Assembly (NCBI GenBank): GCA_039819065.1
Contig: JBCBSS010000018.1
Span: 1 to 64,000, forward strand
Source of the DNA: Bacteroidota bacterium
Lineage (GTDB): Bacteria; Bacteroidota; Bacteroidia; Cytophagales; Cyclobacteriaceae
Reading direction: 5' to 3'
Length of the DNA stretch: 64,000 bases
Under the pieces are notes generated by a model that was not told the DNA's origin, did no database searches, and worked only from the letters and a program-made list of their open reading frames with translations. Positions 16,343 through 26,795 of this stretch are shown here, one piece after another; position 1 is the first letter of the stretch; each line of letters starts with the position of its first letter. Both the position numbers and the translations under genes were made by a program.

Positions 16343-16909
16343 CTATAGTATCTTTAACAATTCCTCCTTGGAGAGGACGGTAGCAAACTCCTCATGAAGG
16401 CTTGCCAAAGAAATATTATGTACCTCTTCAGCAGGAAAAACTTCTCCATTAAGTCCTTTTCTATCGAAAGTGGCGGTAACATCTGATAGGAGAAATGCTT
16501 TGAAACCGAGGTTACCAGCCATGCGTGTAGTGGTAGAGATGCAATGGTTAGTAGTCAGCCCTACGATTACCAAAGTATCTATTCCTTTTTCCTTCAAATA
16601 CTTTTCAAGACCAGTACCTATAAAAGCACTATTAACCTGCTTTGGAAACATCGGTTCACCATTTTGAGGTACGGCAAAGGCTTTGAGCTTATTACCTTCA
16701 TGGTTCGGGTTTAGTGGTGAGTTCGGTTCAGTAGAATCATGTTTGGAATGGATAACAGGCAGGCCCATTTCCCTCCAAGTGTTCAGGAGCTGCCCAAGTT
16801 TATCTTCTAGATCAGGGTTATTGCGATTTCCGCCCCAATGGTTTTCCAGGTCAAACCCTTCTTGAACATCTATTACCAAAAGGGCTGGATTACTATCCTT
16901 TAAAGCCAT
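16343..16909 (-). CDS. isochorismatase-family cysteine hydrolase
   Basis: N-terminal …PALLVIDVQEGF… motif and overall length typical of YcaC/nicotinamidase-like hydrolases. Confidence 0.8.
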   Translation of the reverse strand: MALKDSNPALLVIDVQEGFDLENHWGGNRNNPDLEDKLGQLLNTWREMGLPVIHSKHDSTEPNSPLNPNHEGNKLKAFAVPQNGEPMFPKQVNSAFIGTGLEKYLKEKGIDTLVIVGLTTNHCISTTTRMAGNLGFKAFLLSDVTATFDRKGLNGEVFPAEEVHNISLASLHEEFATVLSKEELLKIL

Positions 16910-18122
16910 ATAATTTTCCGTTAAGGTAGTTTTCTAAATACATGAAGTATACTGTAAGCCCTCCATTTTCAGTAATGGTAGCTCTCTTGATCATTCCTTG
17001 ATCATCAGGCCCCAATAAATTGGGAAGGACATTGTCGACTAATTCTTGGCCAAAGTCATGTGATGCATCCCTTGGAAGTTCGCATGGTAAATTATCTACT
17101 GCCATCACGGTGATATTCCCCTCATCCACATAGGCAGACTCCACTGTATCTTCACTAGGGTTGTAATCGTAGACAGGGTCTTCTATCGTGCTTGCTTTTT
17201 TGGTAGATGGAATCGACCCTTCAATATCGCAGGTAATATCAGCAACCACTTTAATCTTAAAATCCTCTTTAATGATATCTTCCCTCTCGAATAGCACCGG
17301 AGCCTTGGGGTCCCAAAAAGCACCGGCAATAAGTATATCTGAGACCTGGGCATATTTCAGAAAATCACCTTGATATGTCTCTGGGTGATTATAGAAATCA
17401 TGCCTGACGAATTCCCCGCCATCTTTAGGTCTGTGGTAATCTCTACTGTTCAACTGCGTAAATACGGCCTCTTGGAATTTCTCCTCTAGAAAAGCAGCCG
17501 GTGTTACTCTTCTTAATCCAAGCGCATATAAAACCTCCATTGCGCCTTTTGCGACACGGCCTCCGCCGGTAAGAGCAATCTTTACTTTTGGCAAGTTCAC
17601 CTTAAGGAGTTCCACTTTTAGCTCGTTAAGGTCAAAGCATTCGTGGGCTGGTTTTATTTCGTAAAGATTGTAGCGCTTCCCGAAGGTAAGAATAGCATTG
17701 TATGCCCCTACTAGTCCCGCATATCTACCAAAAGCGATCACACGGTTACCTTCTTCATTAGTGAGTACCTCATAGTCGATTAACCTGATGTTCTTTTGGA
17801 CTATTTCTCTAAGCAAATCGCGATTGTAGGGCTGCTCTTTTATCGTATGTGAGAAGAAGAAATAGGTTTTATCGGCTAAAAGATTGGGGATAGGTACCTC
17901 TTTCACCCCTAAAAGTATTTGACAATCACTTACATCCTCAACGACTTTAACGCCCAGTTTTTCATAATCATCATCTGCGAAACATCTTATTTCACTGGAT
18001 TGACATAGCACTTCTACATTGAATTTTTCCTGAACGTATTTGGCCTGCTCGGGAGTGAGTGGCACACGTCTATCGATGGGGACTTTGCCTTCCTTTATGA
18101 TTCCGATTTTTACTTTGTCCAT
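16893..18122 (-). CDS. alanine dehydrogenase/PNT-family NAD-binding oxidoreductase (saccharopine dehydrogenase / LOR-SDH-like)
   Basis: AlaDH/PNT N-terminal-like start MDKVKIGIIKEGKVPIDRRVPLTPE… and a Rossmann GxGxxA motif (LTGGGRVAKGA); overlaps the downstream gene by 17 nt. Confidence 0.6.
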   Translation of the reverse strand: MDKVKIGIIKEGKVPIDRRVPLTPEQAKYVQEKFNVEVLCQSSEIRCFADDDYEKLGVKVVEDVSDCQILLGVKEVPIPNLLADKTYFFFSHTIKEQPYNRDLLREIVQKNIRLIDYEVLTNEEGNRVIAFGRYAGLVGAYNAILTFGKRYNLYEIKPAHECFDLNELKVELLKVNLPKVKIALTGGGRVAKGAMEVLYALGLRRVTPAAFLEEKFQEAVFTQLNSRDYHRPKDGGEFVRHDFYNHPETYQGDFLKYAQVSDILIAGAFWDPKAPVLFEREDIIKEDFKIKVVADITCDIEGSIPSTKKASTIEDPVYDYNPSEDTVESAYVDEGNITVMAVDNLPCELPRDASHDFGQELVDNVLPNLLGPDDQGMIKRATITENGGLTVYFMYLENYLNGKLYGFKG

Positions 18123-18197
18123 TATGGGTAGATTGAATAGTAGAATCCAAATTTAGCGGATAATTGGCTTAACTTTGGGCAATAAGAGATCATAAAT

Positions 18198-18785
18198 ATG
18201 ACATCTTCATTATTACTTCTGGTACTCATTTGGGTCATTTATTTTTTCTTGCACAGTTTTTTGGCAGCTACGGGGGTGAAGGCTTTTTTTAGTTCCAAAA
18301 TCGGCTTAGAAGGTAAGACCTATAGGTTGATGTACAATTTCATATCCGGAGTAGGCCTGCTGGTAGCCTTGTTTTTTAACAGTACTATTCAATCGGAGTT
18401 TCTGATCAACCCTGATGGGCCTGCCAGGGCATTTAGCTTGATAACTGCCGGGACGGGGGTGTTGATCATCAGAGCGACTTTTAAGTCTTATGATTTGGGA
18501 GCTTTTCTAGGCTTCAGAGAGGAGTCAGATAAGGATTTCAAACAAAATGGGATGCTGAAGTATGTCCGACACCCTTTGTATTCTGGTACTATATTGGTCT
18601 TGATTGGATTTTGGTTGTTCATACCAAATGTACCAACTGCGGTCACGGTTGTTTGCCACTTCGTATACCTTGCCATAGGAATAAGGTTAGAAGAGCATAA
18701 GTTAATCAGCCTCTTTGGAGAGAAATACCTAAGGTACAAGCAAGAAGTACCTATGCTTGTACCAAGAATCCGGTTATTTAATTAA
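18198..18785 (+). CDS. isoprenylcysteine carboxyl methyltransferase (ICMT/PEMT)-family membrane methyltransferase
   Basis: multi-TM protein with C-terminal …NGMLKYVRHPLYSGTILVLIGFWLF… motif characteristic of the ICMT/PEMT family. Confidence 0.65.
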   Translation: MTSSLLLLVLIWVIYFFLHSFLAATGVKAFFSSKIGLEGKTYRLMYNFISGVGLLVALFFNSTIQSEFLINPDGPARAFSLITAGTGVLIIRATFKSYDLGAFLGFREESDKDFKQNGMLKYVRHPLYSGTILVLIGFWLFIPNVPTAVTVVCHFVYLAIGIRLEEHKLISLFGEKYLRYKQEVPMLVPRIRLFN

Positions 18786-18790
18786 TCGAT

Positions 18791-19054
18791 TTACTTATCT
18801 TCTGGGCTTTTGTCATCCGATTTATCGTCTTCCTGATCATCGAATGAGCCGGTATCTTTGATATTATCGTAATCCTCTCTTTCTAAGAGTTTCTTATCCT
18901 CGACGTTCTTGTTTAAAAACTCATTGATTTTATCAATGTCGTAGTTAGTCTTTATCTCGCCGAAAGAGTCGATTTTGATGTTGAAACCGTCAAGCTCTGG
19001 ATTTACCTTAGGCTCGTCTTTCTTTTCGTCTTTTTTATCGTCTTTATCTGACAT
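18791..19054 (-). CDS. small highly charged (D/K/E-rich) hypothetical protein
   Basis: 87-aa ORF 2 nt downstream of gltX on the same strand. Confidence 0.35.
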   Translation of the reverse strand: MSDKDDKKDEKKDEPKVNPELDGFNIKIDSFGEIKTNYDIDKINEFLNKNVEDKKLLEREDYDNIKDTGSFDDQEDDKSDDKSPEDK

Positions 19055-19056
19055 AG

Positions 19057-20595
19057 CTAGCTTTGTTTAACTTCTAACTTTTCTATGGCTATATTGATTC
19101 GATCTATAGCCTCTTCTTTTCCTATGATTTCTATAGTACTCATAAGGTCGGGCCCTGAACCTAAACCAGTAATGGCAAGCCTTACTGCTGGCATAACCCT
19201 TCCCAGGCCAATTTCGTTCTTTTCGACCGCTTGATTCAATGCGTTTTTTATGGTTTCCGCTGTAAATTCCTCCATGCTTAATAATGAACTCGCAAAATCC
19301 TCCAGCACTGCCACTGCTTCGCCGGTCCACTTTTTCTTCATTACCTTTCCATCATATGTCTCAGGCCTTTGAAACAAGAAAGAGCCGCTTGTCCATAATT
19401 CTCGAGGGAATGTAATGCGTTCTTTCATCAATTCGCAGGCCTTTAGAATTTGAGATTCACTAGCAGAAACGCTCGCGTTAGCGATGTATTGCTTAAGAAA
19501 TCCACTAAGCTCTTCAGCACTTTTTTGCTTGATGTACTGCTGATTAAACCACTTGGCTTTTTCTATATCGAACTTAGCTCCACCTTTGTTAATACGTTCA
19601 ATAGAAAATGCTTCCGCCAGTTCTTCTAAAGAGAATATTTCCTGCTCTGACCCCGGGTTCCATCCCAATAAGGCCAGGAAATTGATGAAGGCATCAGGTA
19701 AATACCCTGCTTTTTCAAAGCCTGTAGATACGTCTCCTGATTCTGGATCAGGCCAATCCATTGGAAATATAGGGAACCCATGTTTATCCGCATCACGCTT
19801 GCTAAGCTTACCGCTTCCTTCTGGCTTGAGTAACAATGGTAAGTGGCCAAATTGAGGCATACTATTTTCCCAACCCAAAAACTTATAAAGCAGCACATGC
19901 AAAGGGGCTGATGGCAACCATTCTTCTCCTCGTATCACATGGGTGATCTTCATGAGATAGTCATCTACAACATTGGCTAGGTGATAGGTTGGCATCCCGT
20001 CAGACTTCATTATTACTTTGTCATCAATAGCGGAAGAGTGTACCATTACCCAACCTCTAACCATGTCATTTAATCTTACCTCCTCCTTTTTGGGTACTTT
20101 CAAGCGTATGACGTATGGCTCGCCCGATTCAATTCTTTTATTTACTTCCTCTTCGCTCAAGGTGAGCGAGTTTTTCATTGTATTTCTTGTGATGCTATTG
20201 TAGGTCTGAGCCGCAACTTTAGCTTCCTTTAGTTTTGCTCTCATTGCGTCTAGCTCTTCAGGCGTGTCAAAAGCATAATAAGCATTGCCATCCTGAAGCA
20301 GCTTCTCAGCATATTGCTGATAAATGTCTTTTCGCTCAGATTGCCTGTAAGGCCCATAAGGTCCACCTAGGTCAGGGTTTTCATCCGTTTCGATTCCTAC
20401 CCAGGCGAGTGAATTTTTTATATATTCTTCTGCACCTTTAACGAATCTGGTCTGGTCCGTATCTTCTATTCTAAGGACCATTTTACCGTTGTTCTTTCTC
20501 GCAAAAAGATAATTATAAAGTGCTGTGCGCACGCCCCCTATATGTAATGCTCCGGTCGGGCTTGGAGCAAACCTTACTCTAACTTCTTTTTCCAT
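19057..20595 (-). CDS. gltX: glutamate--tRNA ligase
   Basis: class I motifs: HIGH-like (PSPTGALHIGGVRTALYNY) and KMSKS-like (KLSKR). Confidence 0.95.
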   Translation of the reverse strand: MEKEVRVRFAPSPTGALHIGGVRTALYNYLFARKNNGKMVLRIEDTDQTRFVKGAEEYIKNSLAWVGIETDENPDLGGPYGPYRQSERKDIYQQYAEKLLQDGNAYYAFDTPEELDAMRAKLKEAKVAAQTYNSITRNTMKNSLTLSEEEVNKRIESGEPYVIRLKVPKKEEVRLNDMVRGWVMVHSSAIDDKVIMKSDGMPTYHLANVVDDYLMKITHVIRGEEWLPSAPLHVLLYKFLGWENSMPQFGHLPLLLKPEGSGKLSKRDADKHGFPIFPMDWPDPESGDVSTGFEKAGYLPDAFINFLALLGWNPGSEQEIFSLEELAEAFSIERINKGGAKFDIEKAKWFNQQYIKQKSAEELSGFLKQYIANASVSASESQILKACELMKERITFPRELWTSGSFLFQRPETYDGKVMKKKWTGEAVAVLEDFASSLLSMEEFTAETIKNALNQAVEKNEIGLGRVMPAVRLAITGLGSGPDLMSTIEIIGKEEAIDRINIAIEKLEVKQS

Positions 20596-20674
20596 TTTGG
20601 GATTGACAAATTACAATCTTGATGATTGGTTATTATTGTGTTCTAGTTGCAAAATTACAAAAACTGGGCATAGG

Positions 20675-21163
20675 TTAACAGGAGTCTTTTGGCTCCTTTA
20701 AAAGATTTGAAAGGCTCTCTTTACTTCTGTTGACAAGCCGATTAAAACTGGCAATGGTGAAAGCATAATTGAAAAGCCCTATAAGAAATGCTATCAGTGC
20801 ATAATCGTTTCGTTTTACCAAGAACAAAGAGAAAATAACAGTCAGGAAAATAACGGTAGACCAGAAGTAGAGAAAAACTTTTGAACTGAAGAAAAGGCTA
20901 TATCTGATAAAGACAATTGATCCTTGAGAAGTCGGTTCTATAACGCCATTTATGATTGGAACAAAATTCTGTGCATGTCTTATGATGGGTGAAAGTGTGA
21001 ATTTTTCCTCGTCTACGGTGCCGTTGAACTGATATGCCTGATCAGAATTTTCCCTCGGTTCATCTCTCGAGGGTTCTTTTGTTACTCCGGCGATTATTTC
21101 ATAAACCTTTTTAGCGCTGATAGCTAACACTAATGTTTCAGATTGTGCCGGGAGCAAGTTCAT
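20675..21163 (-). CDS. hypothetical membrane protein (soluble N-terminal region plus two C-terminal TM helices)
   Basis: ORF only; immediately downstream of RidA on the same strand. Confidence 0.4.
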   Translation of the reverse strand: MNLLPAQSETLVLAISAKKVYEIIAGVTKEPSRDEPRENSDQAYQFNGTVDEEKFTLSPIIRHAQNFVPIINGVIEPTSQGSIVFIRYSLFFSSKVFLYFWSTVIFLTVIFSLFLVKRNDYALIAFLIGLFNYAFTIASFNRLVNRSKESLSNLLKEPKDSC

Positions 21164-21544
21164 TTATTTAACGGCAATACAGGATATTTCGACTCTGACA
21201 TCTTTTGGTAATCTGCTTACCTCTACGGTTTCCCTGGCAGGAGGCTCCACTTCAAAGTACGTACCGTAAGCATCATTGATCTTCACGAAGTCGTCCATGT
21301 CTTTGATAAAGATGCTACACTTCACAATGTTATTATAGCTAAGTCCAGCCTCTTCGAGCACAAACCCAATATTCTTCATTACCTGGTGGGTTTCTTCAGC
21401 AATATCACCGCTGATCAACTTTCCTGAAGCGGCATCAAGTGGTATTTGGCCGGAAACATATAGCGTGTCACCCGCCATAACTGCCTGGCTGTAAGGCCCG
21501 ATAGGAGCAGGGGCGTTTTCTGAATTTATTGTGGTTTTGCTCAT
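21164..21544 (-). CDS. ridA: RidA/YjgF family reactive-intermediate deaminase
   Basis: 126-aa protein with the characteristic …APAPIGPYSQAV… start and …RETVEVSRLPKDVRVEI… end. Confidence 0.85.
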   Translation of the reverse strand: MSKTTINSENAPAPIGPYSQAVMAGDTLYVSGQIPLDAASGKLISGDIAEETHQVMKNIGFVLEEAGLSYNNIVKCSIFIKDMDDFVKINDAYGTYFEVEPPARETVEVSRLPKDVRVEISCIAVK

Positions 21545-21591
21545 CTTAATTTGTCTGATTAATAATTACTTTTGACTTTAAACCCGAAGTT

Positions 21592-22251
21592 ATGAAAATA
21601 CTTGTTTTAGGTGAAGAGGAATACATGCAAGAGTTTGATGCAAAGTTCGGAAGAGAAAATGAGTGTACCTATGCCAATCATGATTCCGACTTTGACTTTC
21701 AAGATTTCGATGTAGTTTTTGACCTTTCCATCGATGAAAGCCCAGAGAATATAGAGCGCTACGCAGGAGATGAGTCCTTGACAGTTTTTTGTAATACAGC
21801 TAAAATCAGTTTAGCAGAGATTGGCTTTTTGACCGACGAAATAGCATGTGAACTTTTTGGCTTCAATGGTTTGCCTACATTTATTGATAGGGAAGTTATG
21901 GAAGTGTCATTATACCGGGATGAGTCTAGTGATAGACTAAAAGAAATCTGTGAGGTGTTAGGAACGGATCATTTGATTGTTGATGACCGTGTAGGAATGG
22001 TTACGCCTCGGGTATTATGTATGATCATCAATGAAGCTTTCTATACCGTGCAAGAAGGTACTTCGACCAAAGAAGAAATTGACCTTGGCATGAAACTAGG
22101 GACTAATTATCCCCACGGACCTTTTGAATGGTGTGAGAAAATAGGCGTAAAGCATGTTTATGAAATACTTGAAGCCATTTATGAAGACACCAAAGATGAG
22201 CGTTATAAAATATGTTCTTTGCTAAAAAAAGAATACCTTAAAACAGCGTAG
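21592..22251 (+). CDS. 3-hydroxyacyl-CoA dehydrogenase C-terminal (dimerisation) domain protein lacking the NAD-binding domain
   Basis: C-terminal half (…DDRVGMVTPRVLCMIINEAFYTVQEGTSTKEEIDLGMKLGTNYPHGPFEWCEKIG…) resembles the 3HCDH C-terminal domain; the N-terminal 110 aa is unrelated and has no GxGxxG. Confidence 0.55.
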   Translation: MKILVLGEEEYMQEFDAKFGRENECTYANHDSDFDFQDFDVVFDLSIDESPENIERYAGDESLTVFCNTAKISLAEIGFLTDEIACELFGFNGLPTFIDREVMEVSLYRDESSDRLKEICEVLGTDHLIVDDRVGMVTPRVLCMIINEAFYTVQEGTSTKEEIDLGMKLGTNYPHGPFEWCEKIGVKHVYEILEAIYEDTKDERYKICSLLKKEYLKTA

Positions 22252-22317
22252 TATTTAGCTCAATATTCATGAACATTAGCGAATACTGCAGGGTTATATG
22301 AAGAGAATAATGTCGCT

Positions 22318-22614
22318 GTGATTGTAGATCTTATTTTAGTTGTAGTTGTTTTTTACCTATCCATACCTGCGGTTACTGGATACTGTGCTTATTCCTATGG
22401 CCGTTCCTTCTGGTTTTGGTTTGGTATGGGTTTCTTCCTGCCTATAATAACCCATATCATACTGTATTTCTTAATCAGTTACGATATCAAAAAACAGAAA
22501 ACTACTGATCTACTGACCAGAGATGAAGAGATCATGATGGAACAGAACATTCAAACGGTTGTTGACTCTGAGACCAATAAGGCACGGGTCAAATACATCA
22601 AAAAGAGTCTTTAG
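22318..22614 (+). CDS. small membrane protein, hypothetical
   Basis: 98-aa ORF with two predicted TM helices. Confidence 0.3.
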   Translation: MIVDLILVVVVFYLSIPAVTGYCAYSYGRSFWFWFGMGFFLPIITHIILYFLISYDIKKQKTTDLLTRDEEIMMEQNIQTVVDSETNKARVKYIKKSL

Positions 22615-22616
22615 AT

Positions 22617-24452
22617 TTATTCTACAGTCACTGACTTTGCCAGGTTTCTAGGCTGGTCAACATTACAACCTCTCATAACAGCAATGTGATAAGATAAAAT
22701 TTGAAGTGGGATTACGGATACCATTGGCATAAGCGCTTCGTCTGTAGCGGGTACCTCAATGACAAACTCAGCCATCTTAGGTATGAGTGCATCACCCTCG
22801 GTCACTACCGCTATTACCTTACCTTTTCTGGCTTTAACCTCTTGTATGTTTGAAACGATTTTGTCGTAAGAACTGTCACGTGTGGCTATAAATACGACCG
22901 GCATTTCTTCATCAATCAGTGCGATAGGGCCATGCTTCATTTCAGCAGCAGGATAGCCTTCAGCATGGATGTAGGATATCTCTTTCAACTTGAGAGCGCC
23001 TTCCAAGGCAACAGGGAAGTTGTATCCCCTACCGAGGTAAAGGAAGTTTCTGGCATCCTTGAATAGATCGGCTATGTATTTGACTTGATCATTTAACTCA
23101 AGCGCTTTTTCTACCTTACCGGGTATAGTTTCTAACTCTGTCAAGAGTTCACGATAGCGGCTTTCGGTGATGCTACCTTTTTTGGTAGCTACAATCAGAG
23201 CGATCATACTCAGGACAGTGAGTTGGGCGGTAAAAGCTTTGGTACTTGCTACACCTATCTCAGGCCCCGCGTGAGTGTAAGCTCCTTCATGAGAAGCTCT
23301 TGCAATAGATGAGCCTACTACGTTACAAACACCGAAAATAATAGCTCCTTTTGATTTAGCTAAGTCAATTGCCGCTAGGGTATCAGCTGTCTCACCAGAT
23401 TGAGAAATCGCGATTACAACATCTCCCTCATTGATGACCGGGTTTCTATATCTGAACTCGGAGGCATATTCTACCTCAACCGGTACCCTGCAGAATTCTT
23501 CGAAGAAATATTCTGCCACCAGTCCGGCGTGCCAGGACGTACCGCATGCTACTATGATGATACGCTCAGCATTAACAAGCTTATTAGCATACTCCCTAAT
23601 TCCTCCAAGGACCAAACGTCCGTTTCTTGCATTCAAGCGTCCCCTCATGCAATCTCCAATCGAGCGTGGCTGCTCAAAGATTTCTTTAAGCATAAAGTGC
23701 TCATATCCACTCTTTTCTATGGCCTCTAGTTCAAGGTCTAGCGTATGGATATACGGTGTCATTGGTACATCCTGAGTGTTTTTGATCTTGAGCGTATTAT
23801 TTTCTATGATGGCTATTTCATAATCGTTCAAATAGACCACCTCGTTAGTATATTCAATGATAGGCGTGGCGTCTGAGGCAAGGAAAAATTCATCCTTACC
23901 GAGCCCAACAACCAATGGACTTCCCTTTCTTGCCGCAATGAGTCTGTCAGGCCTATCCTTTGACAAGATCACTATTGCATAAGCGCCAACCACCTTAGTT
24001 AACGCAAGACGAACGGCTTCCTCTAACGTACAATCGTTATGTTTCCAGATGTCTTCAATGAAATGAATGAATACTTCTGAGTCTGTTTCGCTTTCGAATT
24101 GGTGGCCTTTGTTGAGAAGGTCTTGTTTGATGGCACTGTAATTCTCAATGATACCATTATGGATAATAGCTAACTCGCCACTGCCAGAGATGTGCGGGTG
24201 TGCATTAACATCATTTGGTTCTCCGTGAGTGGCCCATCTGGTGTGGCCTATACCTACCGTACTTTCCAGTCTTTTCCCTTCAAGTAACTGCTCCAACTCA
24301 CTCACTTTGCCTTTACGTTTGTAAATATTGAGTTGGCCGTTGAGTAGCGCAATTCCGGCACTGTCGTATCCTCTGTATTCTAATCTTTTAAGGCCTTTAA
24401 TGATTACTTCATGAGCCTGCCTTTGCCCTACATAAGCGACGATCCCGCACAT
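22617..24452 (-). CDS. glmS: glutamine--fructose-6-phosphate aminotransferase (isomerising)
   Basis: N-terminal MCGIVAYVG Ntn-amidotransferase start plus two SIS domains; canonical 611-aa length. Confidence 0.97.
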   Translation of the reverse strand: MCGIVAYVGQRQAHEVIIKGLKRLEYRGYDSAGIALLNGQLNIYKRKGKVSELEQLLEGKRLESTVGIGHTRWATHGEPNDVNAHPHISGSGELAIIHNGIIENYSAIKQDLLNKGHQFESETDSEVFIHFIEDIWKHNDCTLEEAVRLALTKVVGAYAIVILSKDRPDRLIAARKGSPLVVGLGKDEFFLASDATPIIEYTNEVVYLNDYEIAIIENNTLKIKNTQDVPMTPYIHTLDLELEAIEKSGYEHFMLKEIFEQPRSIGDCMRGRLNARNGRLVLGGIREYANKLVNAERIIIVACGTSWHAGLVAEYFFEEFCRVPVEVEYASEFRYRNPVINEGDVVIAISQSGETADTLAAIDLAKSKGAIIFGVCNVVGSSIARASHEGAYTHAGPEIGVASTKAFTAQLTVLSMIALIVATKKGSITESRYRELLTELETIPGKVEKALELNDQVKYIADLFKDARNFLYLGRGYNFPVALEGALKLKEISYIHAEGYPAAEMKHGPIALIDEEMPVVFIATRDSSYDKIVSNIQEVKARKGKVIAVVTEGDALIPKMAEFVIEVPATDEALMPMVSVIPLQILSYHIAVMRGCNVDQPRNLAKSVTVE

Positions 24453-24482
24453 AACTAAAAAGTTGTTGATTGAAGAAAAATA

Positions 24483-25877
24483 CTACTTAGGTCTGGTATA
24501 AAAAAATCTTAGCTTGATATTCTCTTTTTCAGTAATAAACCTATTTACGCTTGCTCCAAATTGGGATGGAACAATAAACACTTGCTGCGTACTATCATTT
24601 CTATCAAGTATATTCTGTAAGAATATGGTAACAGGGATATTGTAACCTCTTGATGCTGTATCATAGTTGACAATTGCAGAGAAGTCATCCAGAATAATAC
24701 TGATTCCCCCACCAACTAAGCGATTGTTTTCATCGGCAAGCAACACACCTATAGACCCAGGTGGTTCTAGGCCTTGTTGAATATCCTGAGCATCATTCAG
24801 TATGATTTGAGCACTGTTTAGGATTGCGTTATCCAGCGTGTCTATGAAGGCATCTTCAGAGAATGACGATAAGTCTAATTTGGTTACTACTGAGCCACCA
24901 GCCTGAACATAGGCGAGGTCACCAGCAGGTTCGAAACTTGTATTAAATGAATTAAGGTCCGCTAAAGCAGTGCCACTTCTATTTGATTCCAGTCTATTGG
25001 GAGTAATTCTATTGAAGTGGTTCAGTGCGATTTGACCAAATGTTGAGGTATTGAGATTGAAATCAAATTCTCTTTGCACACGGTTCCCCTCGCTATCTAT
25101 TTCAGAATAGTAAAGCGTCATTTGCGAATTGGCATCAGAAATATTGAATCCAAGTAGTGCCCCTTCTGTGCCTTCATTCACCACTGAAATTCCGGGGATG
25201 AAGTTTTCAAAATCGTCACGATCTGTCAGAAAGTTATCCGCCGTACTGTCATTTAATGCTTGGTTGAAAATTTCAAGGCCGAAGCTATTATTTAGTTTGA
25301 CATCCATCAGATAAATGAATCTGCCGTTGGTGTCGAAACTGTTTACGATTGTTGTGTCAGCGGCCTGAAATACCCTGTCTACAGAGTCAGGTTGCAATGT
25401 AAATGTAGTTTCGCCTAATTTCTCTCCTCTCTGTGCATCGTGGAAAGTGAAGACAGTAGAAGAATCAGTAATAGACTCGTTTAAACGATACACGGCAAAG
25501 TTCTGAGGTGTCTCTATCTGGTTGCCATAGAAGTATTGGACTCTTAAATGCAATACGATTGAGTCAAAAGCCGCTGTTTCGTCTATGCTCTGAGGTAATG
25601 TTGTAGAACTTAAGAAAAGCTGTGAATAGCCCTCGGCGCTAACACTACCAAATAACGGATCGGTGTAGGAACCAGCCAGAAGGCGTCCTGAGTTTCTTGT
25701 ATTGATGCTGTCCAACCATACTACAGAGGTCGGAATATCTACTTCTGAGAAAAAGACTTCGAAGTTGTCGTTTTCTGTGTCAAATCCGGTATTGCTGAAA
25801 TCGTCTTCACAGGAAATCACAAAAACGGCTATTACGTTGAGTAGTAATAGCCATTTTTTTCTAGCCCACAAGTTCAT
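24483..25877 (-). CDS. Bacteroidota lipoprotein, DUF4270-like (tentative)
   Basis: lipoprotein signal (…VFVISCEDD…), 464-aa beta-rich protein; family assignment is from memory. Confidence 0.4.
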   Translation of the reverse strand: MNLWARKKWLLLLNVIAVFVISCEDDFSNTGFDTENDNFEVFFSEVDIPTSVVWLDSINTRNSGRLLAGSYTDPLFGSVSAEGYSQLFLSSTTLPQSIDETAAFDSIVLHLRVQYFYGNQIETPQNFAVYRLNESITDSSTVFTFHDAQRGEKLGETTFTLQPDSVDRVFQAADTTIVNSFDTNGRFIYLMDVKLNNSFGLEIFNQALNDSTADNFLTDRDDFENFIPGISVVNEGTEGALLGFNISDANSQMTLYYSEIDSEGNRVQREFDFNLNTSTFGQIALNHFNRITPNRLESNRSGTALADLNSFNTSFEPAGDLAYVQAGGSVVTKLDLSSFSEDAFIDTLDNAILNSAQIILNDAQDIQQGLEPPGSIGVLLADENNRLVGGGISIILDDFSAIVNYDTASRGYNIPVTIFLQNILDRNDSTQQVFIVPSQFGASVNRFITEKENIKLRFFYTRPK

Positions 25878-26667
25878 TATATAGATTGAAATAAGAGTCT
25901 AAGTAAGTTTCTTCTTGGTGTTCTATTGTATCTATTTTCTTATCATCATTAAGATCACCTAACTCTTCAATGATCTTATCTTCTCCGGCATTGATAATAA
26001 CATCCGAGAATTCTACGCCGAGTTTGATAAACCCGTTGTAATCAGCTGACTTTAAGTTATTCAGCATATCATCCTCGATGTCGATCATCTTAACCTTACC
26101 AAGAAGATCTCCTTTGAATTTGTGAGAGAACTTGTTATTGTGGATTGTGAAAACTGTCTTAGCATCCTTGAAGATAGGATCATTTTTGTAAGTGGTTTTC
26201 AAGTATAGAGGGATAAGGCTTGTCATCCAGTCATTGCAATGTACAATATCCGGAGCCCACCCTAATTTCTTCACCGTTTCTAATACTCCCTTACAGAAGA
26301 AGATGGCTCTTTCATCATTATCTTCGTAAAAGTTGTTCTCCTTGTCATGAAAGACAGACTTCCTGTGGAAGTAGTCCTCGTTGTCAATGAAGTAAACTTG
26401 GAGTTTTGCATTTGGAATTGATGCAACTTTAATAATGAGGGGTTTTTCCTCCTCTCCAACGGCGATGTTAATCCCCGACAATCTTACAACTTCATGCAAC
26501 CTATTCTTTCTTTCATTGATGAGACCAAATCTCGGTACGAGAATCCTTATCTCCATGCCCCGTTCCTGCATTGCTTGGGGAAGTTTACGAACAAAATTCG
26601 CTACTTCTGAGGTTTGTAAAAAAGGATTAATTTCGCTAGCCACATAAAGTATCCTACACTTCGCCAT
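25861..26667 (-). CDS. glycogen/starch synthase-like protein carrying only the GT5 N-terminal domain
   Basis: start MAKCRILYVASEINPF… matches the GlgA N-terminus; at 268 aa it lacks the C-terminal GT1 half. Confidence 0.7.
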   Translation of the reverse strand: MAKCRILYVASEINPFLQTSEVANFVRKLPQAMQERGMEIRILVPRFGLINERKNRLHEVVRLSGINIAVGEEEKPLIIKVASIPNAKLQVYFIDNEDYFHRKSVFHDKENNFYEDNDERAIFFCKGVLETVKKLGWAPDIVHCNDWMTSLIPLYLKTTYKNDPIFKDAKTVFTIHNNKFSHKFKGDLLGKVKMIDIEDDMLNNLKSADYNGFIKLGVEFSDVIINAGEDKIIEELGDLNDDKKIDTIEHQEETYLDSYFNLYNELVG

Positions 26668-26795
26668 ATCTGAGCTTATTTTTTTTGACTTTAAAAACAG
26701 ACCACAAAATTACAAAATTTTATTCTGTTTTCAAGATTTTGTATTTCTAATAACGTAATTTTAGGCCTACTTATTTCCCATCTTTTCTTTATCTG

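Noticed and set aside
19067-19330. 87-aa Arg-rich ORF on the minus strand
   Set aside because: Lies out of frame entirely inside gltX; composition-driven artefact.
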